DNA of 64,000 nucleotides from Eledone cirrhosa (lineage: Eukaryota): positions 268,088,001-268,152,000 of the forward strand of contig OZ024743.1 of assembly GCA_964016885.1 (NCBI GenBank). The letters are read 5' to 3'. Below are positions 1-12,704 of the stretch, piece by piece (position 1 is the stretch's first letter; each line of letters starts with the position of its first letter). A model generated the notes under the pieces. The model worked only from the letters and a program-made list of their open reading frames with translations. It was not told where the DNA came from and did not search any database. Position numbers and translations under genes: made by a program.

Positions 1-65
1 CATCAGATAAAACAGGAGAACATGATATGAAGGCTAAAAAACACTTGTTGATAGTGCAGTTTTAA

Positions 66-189
<124 letters not shown>

Positions 190-484
190 TGCAAACTAGG
201 CTAAGCGTATTGCAATCGCTTGTCAGATTACAGAAAATGGTACACTTTTAGGCTACGGCCAGCCACACGACCCTGTAAACATATCCTGAACAAGCAATGC
301 CTGTGCTTTGGAGGTTTTTTAAGTGGGGAAAGCCCTTGCATTCGACCAATCCAACTTTCTGAGCATCGAAAACACTACCCGAAAAGGAGAACTGGTCAAC
401 ATCATCGGATGCTTCCGAAGCCGCATATATATATAGAAGGAAGAGTAACATGGTTGGCTGTACAATAGGGGCTTTATTTAAAGT

Positions 485-591
485 ACTGACAATTATTTCG
501 TTGATCAGGTGTGTCTAGAGTTCGCTAATCGCTTGAGGTTGCGACAATCGATCTTCAATATGTTGTTTACCACTGGTCAACACATCAGAGC
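485..591 (-). ncRNA. Degenerate hammerhead-like motif with long stem II (Penelope pLTR-type)
   Basis: Reverse complement reads GCU-CUGAUGU-GUUGA...UCAAC-GAAAU-AAUU-GUC-AGU. Homologous to 2652-2757. Confidence 0.5.
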
Positions 592-785
592 ACGTAGATA
601 TGAAAATAGTTCACTCGAAGCAAGACTTATATAGAAAAGTAGCGTAAAACAAAATAATAACGTCAATAATAAAATACCGTATAATTAAAACAATAACATC
701 AATAGTAAAACATGTATAGTAAATAGATAGAGAGGTTATAGATGTAAACAAGTAAAATATAAGATAGGGTACATTAAGAAGTAAT

Positions 786-872
786 TGTTTCTACTTTAGG
801 CACAAGGCCAGCAATTACCCAGTGCATTACTGGTACTTTTATTTTATCGACCCCGTAAGGATGAAAGGCAAA
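786..872 (-). mobile_element. 5'-truncated tRNA-derived SINE with TSD
   Basis: Matches the 3' half of the SINE at 3947-4140. Flanked by ggtacattaagaa(g/a)taat direct repeats. Confidence 0.9.
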
Positions 873-1354
873 GGTACATTAAGAAATAATAATTTCAGAT
901 AAAACAGGAAAAATTTCCAAAACTGATCAGATTAGAGCAAACATCAAGAACGCTCTATCTCAAAATTATTTTTGAAAAGCATTAGAAATGCGCAAACGGC
1001 AAAAACATAATACTAACTTAATAACTAAAACTGAATACTAACCAATACTTATTACTAATTTATACTTATTCCTAATTAAACTATTTTTCACTGGGAAAAA
1101 TTTGTCAGCATTTTCTTTTCCTTTTACTAATATATCACAACTCGTGTGTTACACCTCTATTCTTTTAAATATATATATAGGGGATAACAAGTTATCGTTA
1201 TAGGTAATCCAGTTAGAGTACTCCGCGTCCTGATAGTTTTAACGTACGGCTCTGTTTGAATCAACAAAATGTTTCCATAGTTATAAAACTTTCCGTTTCT
1301 TTCCCTTCCCACTCTTCTCTATCAATCTATTTTCTCGCTACTATCTTAATCAAT

Positions 1355-1390
1355 AATCTGATAAAGGATTAACTACCGAAACGTTAAGAC
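1355..1390 (+). ncRNA. Degenerate minimal hammerhead motif (PLE pLTR-like)
   Basis: ctgataa-agg-attaacta-cc-gaaac-gttaag, with palindromic aacgtt stem III and one core mismatch. Confidence 0.4.
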
Positions 1391-1471
1391 TCTTTTCCTA
1401 CTGTATCAAGCGGAAACCTAATATATATCTTATCTTCATTGCACTGTATCGTTTTTCTGCATTGTTTTCCG

Positions 1472-1510
<39 letters not shown>

Positions 1511-1511
<1 letters not shown>

Positions 1512-2234
1512 TACCATTAAGCCCGGCGTTGCTCGGGGTCAGTAAGTTACCAAAGTTAGGTTGCACCACCCATTTTATGGCAGCACTTTTTTGTCTGCCA
1601 GGCACTGGGTGAATGAATTACAGACCTGGAAGCATGAGCTGCGCCAGCAGTGACAATTGTAGTTTCGCCTATGGATATTATCTCTGTGCAAAAAAGTGTT
1701 GAAATTTATTGTTTCACAGTACTTGCGCAACACGCGCGTAGACGATGCCAGCCAAACAACAGAGCTGCGATGGAGTTGTTCTGCATGGTTGTCTGTGTGT
1801 TTTCTAAATTTAAGACAGTAAGGAGTGATGTGGGGAGGGGGGTGTTATGGGGGAGAGTTAGCTGCTGTTTCTAGCAGGTTTAGTAACCTCATAGAGGATA
1901 TGTGTTTTCTAAATTTAAGACAGTAGGGAGTGGTGTGAACGGACAGTATCACCATCAAGCTTGGAAAGAGAAAGTAGCAGGAAGTATGAAGTTGTATAGA
2001 TTTTGAATGGTAGTAGAAAGGTTTCAGCAGTTTAAATGAGAGAGAAAAATCGTAAAATATTGAGTTTTATCTATTTTTTGCGTAATTGTGGGTGAAAATG
2101 AAAAAGTTATCTGCGTCAAGACGCAATCGAAACTATTTCGAATACTGAATTGTGAATTTCAATTGAAGAACTTCTATATCGTAGATTTCTATAACGAAGG
2201 AGCATGACCACACACTGAGCTTTATAGATTATGA
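1511..2234 (-). mobile_element. Non-autonomous Helitron-like element
   Basis: Subterminal hairpin gcccggcgttgctcgggg identical to 6979-6996. The terminal CTAG is degraded. 5' TC end near 2234. Confidence 0.65.
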
Positions 2235-2651
2235 TATAAGAACAAATTAAGAGATGGTTAAAAAAGTTCCATATATTTTATTATGCGCATTTCAAAAACA
2301 AATATCATCCTGGAACGATAGCTGCGTTCTCATCAGATAAAATAAGGTAACCTGATATGATGCACAAAAAAAACACTTGTGAACAAGAAAGTGTCCAGTC
2401 AACATTTGTATATATATATATATAAAGGGTAACAAATGATTGTTATAGGTAGTCCACTTAGGTGTAGTCCAGTTATGGTACTCCGGGTAGTAGATGATAT
2501 CAACGCTTGGCTAAGTTTAACTCAACAAGGCGTTTCCATAGTGATGCTGCGAGTACGCTGTAATTCCTATGTTGTAAACACCTGGAGTAATGATAAATCA
2601 GGAAAGAAGAGTGACACGGTTTGTTATACAAAAAAGGTTTTTAATCTCATT

Positions 2652-2757
2652 GCTGACAATTGTTTCTCTGAACTGGTATGTCTAGAGATCGCTACCCGCT
2701 TATTTTCACGTTATTCGATCACCAATACAAAGTTATAACCAGTCAATTCATCGGAGC
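2652..2757 (-). ncRNA. Degenerate hammerhead-like motif with long stem II
   Basis: Reverse complement reads GCU-CCGAUGA-AUUGACUGGU...ACCAGUUCAGA-GAAAC-AAUU-GUC-AGC. Stem I is GCU/AGC and stem III is palindromic ACAAUUGU. Confidence 0.55.
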
Positions 2758-3745
2758 TTGTGAGAATGAAAAGAATATACAGGCATGGATACTATATATA
2801 GTAGTAATGGCATTCAATCAGAACAATAACAACAATACTAACAATGCTAGCAATAAATTATTTGAAATAATCACAACATCAATCTAGGTGGGAAGTATAG
2901 TATATCTACTATTTTAGCGTGTAAAACTAGCTGACATGAGGCAGATGTATAAAATTGATATGTAAAAGCTGTCATGGGGTGTATAATATCTAGTGTAAAG
3001 ATATGTCGGTGTCTTTAAACAATGTAGGTCAGGTGGCCATAAGAGTCGCTTATTATCTGACAGATGAAGAATTTATCACTGTAGTGAGATTTGTGTGGTC
3101 TATATTAGATGAAAGATTGCCTAGCTTTCTCATCATCAATAACATACATGTATAAGACAACATTAACAGAGTAGCAATGTAATGGGCAAGTTAATACAGA
3201 GGTTAAGGAGGCAATATATATATATACAAACATGCACACAAACATTTATATATACATACACATATATACATACATATAAAGAAAAAACATGCAGACTATA
3301 AGTATAACAGGAGGAAGGTAAAGTTCTGTTGTAGTAGTATTTTGAAATGTTCTTGGATTTAGGATCAAGTGCTGACAGCAGCTGACAAGAGATATGCTTA
3401 TGGGTTGATGAGGTGCTTACAGACATTAATGTGGTATCGAACTAAGAAGGCTAGAATGTACTTAATGATTATATTTCTGTGGTGGTTCGTGCAGTGTAGT
3501 GGGTATCCTAATTTGAAAGCTAGGTTACGTCGGTTCGATTCACAGAGGTTTAAATCTTATGAATTTAGTGGCGATCCTGTGTCTGCAGAAGATAGATTTT
3601 TCTAACTTATTGTTAAGTAGCCTTTTTACATTTCTAAGGATATACAGTAATTCTAGATCACATAGCCTACAGTGGGACATACCGGAATTGTAGGTCTTTG
3701 CGGCCGACAACCTCTAGCAGTTGATACTGTAGTTAGAGTTGTTGT

Positions 3746-3831
<86 letters not shown>

Positions 3832-3842
3832 CATATATATAT

Positions 3843-3899
<57 letters not shown>

Positions 3900-3946
3900 T
3901 ATTAGCACCTCTTCAATTTTATTATTATTAGTATTATTATTATAGA

Positions 3947-4140
3947 GGGCGGTGGATTGGCAGTATCGGTAGAGGGTCGGACGCCATGCTTTCCAGCATA
4001 GTTACGTCCCTTTACGATCTGAATTCAAATCCCGCCGAGGGTGACTATGCCTTTCATCCTTACGGGGTCGATAAAATAAAGTACCAGTAATGCATTGGGA
4101 AAATTGCTGGCCTTGTGCCTAAAGTAGAAACAATTATTAT
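3947..4140 (+). mobile_element. Full-length tRNA-derived SINE
   Basis: A-box-like tggcagtatcggtag, B-box gaattcaaatccc, central gcctttcatccttacggggtcgataaaataaagtaccag, (ATT)n tail, and ATT-rich flanks. About 17 copies in the window. Confidence 0.92.
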
Positions 4141-4185
4141 TAGTATTATTATTACATACACACACACACACAGACACACACACAT

Positions 4186-4230
<45 letters not shown>

Positions 4231-5066
4231 TACACACACACATATATATATATTAATGAAATAAAAATAAATGTATAAGAAACGAGATTGGTAGATTGCA
4301 ACGTAAGCTGCTTTGAAAAAAGAAATTATAGGGAAGTAAAAATATATAAGTATGCAAGGGCTCACATTTTTATATTGAGAATCATGTAGACACTTAGATC
4401 TACATGAAGAAAAATGAAAAGAATGCAAAAAAGGAAAAGACCGGGAAAAATGTATAATATATCCTTAAGACGTTTGTTTTTTCAGAAACATTTCATGCAG
4501 AAGGAGTAAGCTGACAGGAGCATTGTTGAAAACGTGCAAAGACTTACTGCACAATAATTGTCTAGTTCACAAAACCTAAATGCTTGTCACTCAATTAATG
4601 ATCGACGGATCGACGCTTTGCTTGATTCTTTTTTGCAGTCGACATTAGAAACATATACGATAGGATAAAAGGCAATTTACGCACCCAAACACGAACACCT
4701 ATACATTCACATGCACACATACACTGACAACAAATACATGATTATGTTTAAGCACTTATACATAAAGGCGCATGTTTACATGATATAATATTTACATGAA
4801 TACACACTCGAGCGTATATACATAAGTAAACACACATGTTACTATCAGTATAATCATATAAGTATATATACATTCATAAGCATATATATTTGCGCATGTA
4901 TGTATATTTCTATATCCATATGTGTATGTTTCTGTGTACATACGTATATTTATATGCTTAGCCAATGCATATATATATATATATGTGCATAGATATATAT
5001 GTATATATATATATGCATGTGTATATGCATGTATATATATATATGCATTTATATATATATACATGC

Positions 5067-5188
<122 letters not shown>

Positions 5189-5258
5189 ATGCTATACATT
5201 TACTTTGTAATTCTTGTGGGGTTTAATAACGATTGAAGATGACTGCGATAAAAAACTA

Positions 5259-5290
<32 letters not shown>

Positions 5291-5730
5291 ACTGCTGCTA
5301 CAACTACTACTACTGCTGTTGCTGCTGCCACTACTGCTGCTAGTGCTGCAGCTGATGTTAATATGCACTACAATTATTATTATTGTCAAAAACCCAACAC
5401 TGTAACTTCCTGTACAGTCTTTAATGTCTCCTTAATGTGAGCCCTGTGTGGCTAATAAAGAAATCATTATTGTCATTATGGCTATTATTTTTGTTATTAC
5501 TATTATTTTTATTATCATTGCTACTTTTGTTAATATCATAAGAATAAGAAGAGCACAAATCCAACGTAGGATTTGTTCGGTGAGTACTAAATCTGCTTTT
5601 ACATGTCACTCTTGTAAAATGTTAAGTAGGAAGGTGACATATTTTATGCACGGCATTTGGTAATACCTGGTCAATTCTCTATGACAATAGCCTAGGGCTC
5701 TCACTCGATCAGCAATCTCACCCTGTAGGT

Positions 5731-5777
<47 letters not shown>

Positions 5778-5971
5778 ATGTGTGTATGTGTGGTGTGTGT
5801 ATGTGTGTATATGTGTGTGTATATATATATATATATGTGTATACATATATATATATATATATATATGGAGAGAGAGAGAGGGCATATGTGTATAAGTAAA
5901 TATATAAATATAAATACAAACACATATAAATATATATGTGTGTATATCTATATATATATGTATATGTATAT

Positions 5972-6157
5972 AACCAAGCGGGTGGGGTAAAGAACCGGAT
6001 GGACCATAACGCACCAGAGTACTCAATACTTAGGGTAGTAGAGTGGGTAATAGGAAAATGTTTAACTCCGACGGCAGAACTCAAGCCGTTTCGAGGGCTA
6101 TTTCTCGACAGAAATAGCCCTCGAAACGGCTGCTCTGCTGTCGGGGTTAAACGTTTT

Positions 6158-6162
<5 letters not shown>
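5972..6162. mobile_element. Short fold-back element in (TA)n carrying the 3' half of a hammerhead
   Basis: Inverted arms 6050-6105 and 6110-6162 with GAAAC-GGC...GCC/GCU-GUC. Relatives at 61743-62170. Confidence 0.7.
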
Positions 6163-6248
<86 letters not shown>

Positions 6249-6635
6249 ATATATATATATTTGTGTGTGTGTATGTGTGTGTGTGTGTGTGTATGTGTGT
6301 GTGTGTGTGTGTGCGTGTGTGTGTTTGCATCTCTAAGTGTTTGTACAGATTTATATTTATATATTTACTTATACACATATGCTCTCTCTCACACACACAC
6401 ACTCACAATCACACACAGATAAACACACACACACACAGACACACACACACATATATATATATTATAGTTATATAATTATATATGTAGGAGTGTACGTCTG
6501 TTAATCTATGTGTATTTGTGCCTGTGTGTGTATGCGCGTATACATGTATACATACCTAATATGTATACACACACACATGCACATTACAAATGTTATTAAA
6601 TCATTCACACAAACACATATTAAATTACCTTAATA

Positions 6636-6829
6636 AGGGCGGTGGATTGGCGGTATCGGTAGAGGGTCGGACGCCATGCTTTGCAGCAAAGACTTACGGC
6701 CCTTTATGGTCTGAGTTCAAATCCCGCTGAGGTTAACGTTGCCTTTCATCCTTATGAGGTCGATAAAATAAAGTACCAGTAATGCACTGGGTAATTGCTG
6801 GCCTTGTGCCAAAAGTAGAAACAATTATT
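6636..6829 (+). mobile_element. tRNA-derived SINE
   Basis: Same family as 3947-4140. TSD-like attaaattacctt/attcaatcacctt flanks. Confidence 0.9.
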
Positions 6830-6967
6830 CAATCACCTTGTTCTTCAACTAAATTATTATTTCTGTCTCTTTCGAAATGCTAAGTCTTATTTTCTTGCTA
6901 TCTGTATATACATCTTGTTATTGCCTCCTCCTTATTGAGTACGCCTTTTTATGTAAACTATCCCCGA

Positions 6968-7917
6968 CTAGCAGTAAAGCCCGGCGTTGCTCGGGGTCAC
7001 TCAGTAGCTGTGTTAAAGTTACAATGTTAAGTTTCTTTCTTGGCTTAAAAACTGTAGTGTCTACTGTGCAGACTTGCATGTGGTGTTTTTGATTAATATT
7101 CCCTCAACCAACAATATGCCTTATGAAGTTAAGAAAACATAACGATAACCCGAATGTTATAACAAAAGAGGATGCTGGGGATAGAAACTGCACTGGTTAT
7201 TTATTAACAAAGATCGAAAATGTAAACACTGCAACGCAGAGAAAAACATTAGCGTAACCAAATTATCAGTTATGTCTGTCTGCACGCCTATATCACCTCT
7301 CTGCACGACTGTCTGTCTGTCTGCACGCCTATATCACCTCTCTGCACGACTGTCTGTCTGCACGCCTATATCACCTCTCTGCATGACTGTCTGTCTGCAC
7401 GCCTATATCACCTCTCTGCACGACTGTCTGTCTGCACGCGTATATCACCTCTCTGCACGACTGTTTGTCTGCACGCCTAACGACGAAATATTTGCTTGTT
7501 TTACGTAGTCTTTAAATAGACTTGTTTTCAAGTAAAAATATTGTTTTAAAATGCTTTTAAATGGAAATGAAGCAAAACGGAAGCTTAGTGTTCGAACTGA
7601 TGAATTTTGCAGGTCAATATTTTGCTGGCTCGACAACTGTTCGAAACGCTGAGAAAGCCAGCGTAATTTTTTACGTAAGACGCTCAATGTAAACAGAACA
7701 AAGGGAAATAACTGATAACTTACGCTCAAAAATCTATACATTATATTCGATTTCGTCACATAGGGTGGGTCAATTTGAAATTTTTTTTTCCGATGTCTTC
7801 GCTAGGGCTCAATGTACAAGTATAGCAATTTCGGTGCAATTCCGTGAGAGATTCTAAGAGGAGATGTGTGCCAAAAATCGATAGACAGACAGACAACCAC
7901 AGTTTTATATATATAGA
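6968..7917 (-). mobile_element. Non-autonomous Helitron
   Basis: Minus strand starts TCTATATATATAAAAC and ends with hairpin cccgagcaacgccggg plus CTAG. Inserted between A and T without a TSD. Confidence 0.85.
7274..7478. repeat. Minisatellite (~30-34 bp unit) inside Helitron
   Basis: Repeats of tgtctgtctgcacgcctatatcacctctctgcacgac, about 6 copies. Confidence 0.95.
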
Positions 7918-7967
7918 TTGTACTTGTCCACTTTATGATGCCCTGGTGGCAAATAAAAAGAAAGTTA

Positions 7968-8974
7968 TCTCTATATATATAAAATTAAGTATGTGTGTGT
8001 GTGTGTCTGTGTATTACCTATAGGGGCCTACATCTTACGACCGATTTTCATGAAACTTTACAGGCTCATAGATTTGTCATCGGGGAGTGTTTTTCATATA
8101 TCAGCGTATCGTTTGTTTATTCTGGGGTCATTCTGCAGATGAAAATCGATAGGGAGGCTCACCTTTTTTTAGGTATCGAAAAATAAGATTTTTGGCTCTA
8201 GCTCCCATATCTTGCCACCGATTTCGTTCAAATTTTAAAGCAAAATAGAATTTATCATTGCATATCCTATAATCGCTTTATACTTTGCATTTATTGTCCA
8301 GGAACGGCGTGGCAGCCGCTTAAATATTCAAAAATATCACTTTTTCACTCAAATTTCCACTATTTCGGCTCTAGCTCCCACATTAATCAAACTACTTTTT
8401 TCAAATGTTACACTGTTAGATCTGATTATTTCACGTCTTAGAGTAGCTTTACATTTTTGATTTTTTGTTCGTGAACGGCGTGGCAGCCGCTTAAATATTC
8501 GAAAATACCACCTTTTCGCTCAAATTCGCTCAATTTATTTGGTTCAACTTTTATACTACGATAGAAGCTATCATTGCACATCTTATAGTAGCTTTACACT
8601 TTGCATTTTTTGTTCAGGGACGGCGACCTATCATTAGCTTCCACATTTTTCAACCGATTTCGTTCAAATTCGAAACTTCGGCTCCACCTCACACTCGTCT
8701 GAGCTTTTATTTGTGTACTTGAGAATTCATCGGTTTCCAATCAAGTAGCGTGAGGAAATTTGGCTTAGTGTTAGAGGTCATTACATCTCTCCCCCAGCAT
8801 GCCCTTTCGTCAGTCACCCGCGTTTGTCAGTGGTAGAGGTCATCACCACCCTACTCTGCATGGCCTGTGTGTGGTCATAGATGAGTCATTGAGAAGCAGT
8901 CGCTAAGATCAACACCTTTTCATCAAAGCAGAAATTATTTTACCTACCCAGGCAACGCTGGGTACTGCTGCTAG
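7968..8974 (+). mobile_element. Non-autonomous Helitron (second family)
   Basis: A|TCTCTATATATATAAAA start and acccaggcaacgctgggt hairpin plus CTAG|T end. Internal ~180 bp duplications contain ggaacggcgtggcagccgcttaaatattc. Confidence 0.85.
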
Positions 8975-9090
8975 TACATATATATATTTGTTTCGTGAAA
9001 TGAGTATATCATGTGTTATTTTGCATATTTATTTAAGTGTTTTAACGTGGAAAAATATTTTTATATAAGATCCTAAGACACATGTTTCTA

Positions 9091-9630
9091 AAATCCCGCC
9101 GAGGTTAACTTTGCCTTTCATCCTTGCGGGGTCGATAAAATAAAGTACCAGTAATACACTGGGATAATTGCTGGCCTCGTGCCAAAAGTAGAAACTATGA
9201 TATCATAAAGGTCTGGGTTGGCAGTATCGATAGAGGGTCGGAGGCCATGCTTAGCGGCACTGAGTTACGGCCATTTACGTTTTGTATTCAAATCACGCCG
9301 AGGTTAACTTTGCTTTTCACCCTTACGGGGTCGATAAAATAACGCACCAGTAACGTATTGGGGTCGATTTAATCGACTTACCCCTCCCCCTAAATTACTG
9401 GTCTTGTGCCTATACTAGAAATTATTATATTATAATTGTGTGGATTGGCTGTATCGGCAGAAGGTCGGATGCTATCCTTAGCAGCATAGAGTAACGACCC
9501 TTTACGGTCTTAGTTCAAATCCCACCGAGGTTAACTTTGCCTTTTGTTCTTATGGGGTCGATAAAATAATGTACCAGTAATGCAATGGGATAATTTCCGG
9601 CCTTGTGCCAAAAGTTGAAACAACTATATT
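9091..9630 (+). mobile_element. Tandem cluster of three SINE copies (one 5'-truncated, two full)
   Basis: SINE motifs at ~9091-9197, ~9208-9430 (long variant) and ~9439-9630. Confidence 0.88.
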
Positions 9631-9981
9631 ATAAAGGTGTATGTCAGACGTGTTCCTGTAACAGATCTAATAAATCGTAAATGAAATCAGCGTTAAATGA
9701 ATCCTAGTACTGGCTGGTAACTTTTTCACCCCCCCCCCCCATCTATGTACATCATATTGCGTAAATTTCGTTACAAACGCTATAACGTTCATTCCCCCCC
9801 CCCCCGAGAAATAGATTATATTAAGAGAGGGTTGGTGCACCTCAATATTTGAATTTCAACAGAAGAAACTGCATGCAACATCAGGACGTCCACAAGTCCA
9901 CAAGAAAATAATTTGCAGGGTTATTCATATTTCCATTGACCACTTTATATTTTTAACACACTCCTCTCATTCTCATTCGTT

Positions 9982-10033
<52 letters not shown>

Positions 10034-10355
10034 TATTAATAATGAGTTCAAACCTCAGGCAGTCCTTTACAATGAAATAGCTCAAAGAAATATTTCCGAG
10101 CCGTGTAATACAAGTTAATATAAATTAATATATTTGATAAACACAAATACCAACATATCCGTGTTTGTATTGTAAACGACTAAAGTTAGCTAGATTGAAA
10201 AATATTAATTATAATAATACAGTTTGCCTGTCTCGATTTAAAATAATAAATCAATAAAAACAAAGCATATTGGCAAATAAATCAATAAAAACAAAGCATA
10301 TTGATAAATTTATATATATAAATATATATATATATATAAATATATAAATGGAAAA

Positions 10356-11049
10356 AATGAAACGAAATTTCATTTCTGACTCTTAGTACGGCTCTTACTT
10401 AAATATAAGTATGTGTACGCTGTACATATATGTATACAGACGTACAGTAGTATGTATATTTACACACATGCACACATATATATATATGTACGTATGGGTT
10501 TACCGAACATAACATTATAATGCTCGGTTTGTTTGTAAACAAACAGCCCGAATTAAGCCGTACAACCATCGTTGCCGGTTTGTTCAACACTGACAAAGGA
10601 ACGATGTACTAGTTTCAAGCATATTAGCTATCGTCAGCATCATATACGCTTCTGCCAAATGATTGAACGTCTAAAAGTATATACTTTCCTTATGCATATT
10701 AACGGCTGAGCAGCCCAATTTGCATATCGAGTGAGTTAGTTGGCCAGGCGCACCGAAAACGATAAACGGAATAAATGAAACGAAATTTCATTTCTCACTC
10801 TTAGTACGGCTCTTACTTAAATATGAGTATGTGTACGTACATACATATATGTATACAGACTTACAGTAGTATGTATATATACATACATGCACACATATAT
10901 ATGTACGTTTGGGTTTACAAACAAACCGATTTATTATAATATTATGTTCGGTAAACCCATACGTACATATATATATATGTGTGCATGTATGTATATATAC
11001 ATACTACTGTACGTCTGTATACATATATGTATGTACGTACACATACTTA

Positions 11050-11055
<6 letters not shown>
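10356..11055. repeat. Direct plus inverted repeat element in (TA)n (pLTR-like arrangement)
   Basis: 10356-10540 is repeated directly at ~10774-10920 and inverted at ~10920-11055. Confidence 0.7.
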
Positions 11056-11086
<31 letters not shown>

Positions 11087-11089
<3 letters not shown>

Positions 11090-11221
11090 GATCCCGTGTT
11101 TATCGGGGAATGAAACAGTTCTAGTCCTATAGAAGCCATTTCTAGATTAAATTACTTTTACTCTGCTATGTATTGAGTACCTTACTTACTGTGGTTATCC
11201 CCGATTTAACCCGGGATCTAC
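11087..11221 (+). mobile_element. Short inverted-end element related to the 14880-15068 hammerhead element
   Basis: Contains gaatgaaacagttctagtcctatagaa and tattgagtaccttacttactgtggtt. Ends gtagatcccg.../...cgggatctac are inverted. Confidence 0.75.
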
Positions 11222-11392
11222 ATATATCTAGCACGCCAATGTGCCCCTAATAACCATCACCTATATATATATATATATGCATCTTCTTCTAGGGCGGGTA
11301 AAATTCCCGAGATCCATAGACGAATTCTCGCCAGCGGTGTCTGTCCCTCATCGCTGAGTGTATACTGATTAATGTTCAGAGCCATCCTCAGC

Positions 11393-11466
<74 letters not shown>

Positions 11467-11491
11467 ATATATATATATATGTTTATACATA

Positions 11492-11586
<95 letters not shown>

Positions 11587-11588
11587 CG

Positions 11589-11644
<56 letters not shown>

Positions 11645-11670
11645 CATATATATATACGTGTGTGTATATG

Positions 11671-11717
<47 letters not shown>

Positions 11718-11742
<25 letters not shown>

Positions 11743-12341
11743 ATGCGAGTTTTTCGAATATTAATAACATTCGAATCGTTTCCAATTATGCAAACAAGCC
11801 TCATTTTTAACGACATGTCAGTCGAATGAACCCTTCATTCTTGGTCTTGTGTTGGCATGTAAATATAACTGCAGACACTAATATTTCTGGGTATCACCTT
11901 CATCAGTACAGACTGACAGAGCTAGTGAAAATATATGCTATTTTTGAAAATATAAGTTGACTGATCGGCTCGATTTGCATATTAACAGACTAGCTGATCA
12001 GTCAGATCTGCATATTAGCAGATCCACCTATCAGCCAGATTGGCATATCAGCAGACTGACCAGACAATTTCCTGTATACGAGCGATAAATGGCCAGCTTT
12101 GCCACATTGAAATTTTAAAAAAATAATTTATAAAAATAAAAAATTAGGCTTGTTTGCATAATTCCAAACGAATCGAATGTTATTATCCCGCCGAGGTTGA
12201 CTTTGCCTTTCATCCTTATGGGGTCGATAAAATAAAGTACCAGTAATGCACTGGAAATTACTGGCCTTGTGCTTAACGTAGAAACAATTATTAATATTCG
12301 AAAATTCAGATTACATTTATTGTATTCAGCTGAGTAGAGTG

Positions 12342-12342
<1 letters not shown>
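11718..12342. mobile_element. Inverted-repeat element in (TA)n, interrupted by a truncated SINE (12185-12291)
   Basis: Arms atgtaatgcgagtttttcgaatattaataacattcg...aagcct and aggctt...tattcgaaaattcagattacat. Second copy at 63411-63590. Confidence 0.72.
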
Positions 12343-12425
<83 letters not shown>

Positions 12426-12509
12426 AAAGGTAAACAGAAAATACAAAACAATCTGTACAGTATATGAAAGGTATATATTAGTTTAACGCTTGATATTGCA
12501 GGAAGAGGG

Positions 12510-12550
12510 TCCTAAGGTTGGTTTCGGACGCTAGTCTTTCATCAGAAGAA
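12510..12550 (-). ncRNA. Minimal hammerhead-like motif
   Basis: Reverse complement reads tctt-CTGATGA-aa-gac-tagc-gtc-c-GAAAC-caacctt-agga, in a TA-flanked insert. Confidence 0.5.
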
Positions 12551-12624
12551 AGAATGAGAAATAAAATAAATTAATGGGTCGGGCGGGATGGAATTGGAAG
12601 AAATGCCTTTAGATAAAAATAATT

Positions 12625-12703
<79 letters not shown>

Positions 12704-12704
12704 T

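Noticed and set aside
220-468. ORF with faint GIY-YIG-like words (GES...LSEHRKH)
   Set aside because: Too degenerate to support without a profile search.
3947-4035. tRNA gene
   Set aside because: A/B boxes are too far apart for a cloverleaf and always continue into the SINE body.
4474-4640. Splice-like signals (ttttttcag, gtaagc, cttac)
   Set aside because: They give conflicting exon models on both strands with no recognisable peptide.
7274-7478. CRISPR-like array
   Set aside because: Contiguous tandem units without unique spacers, inside a Helitron in eukaryotic DNA.
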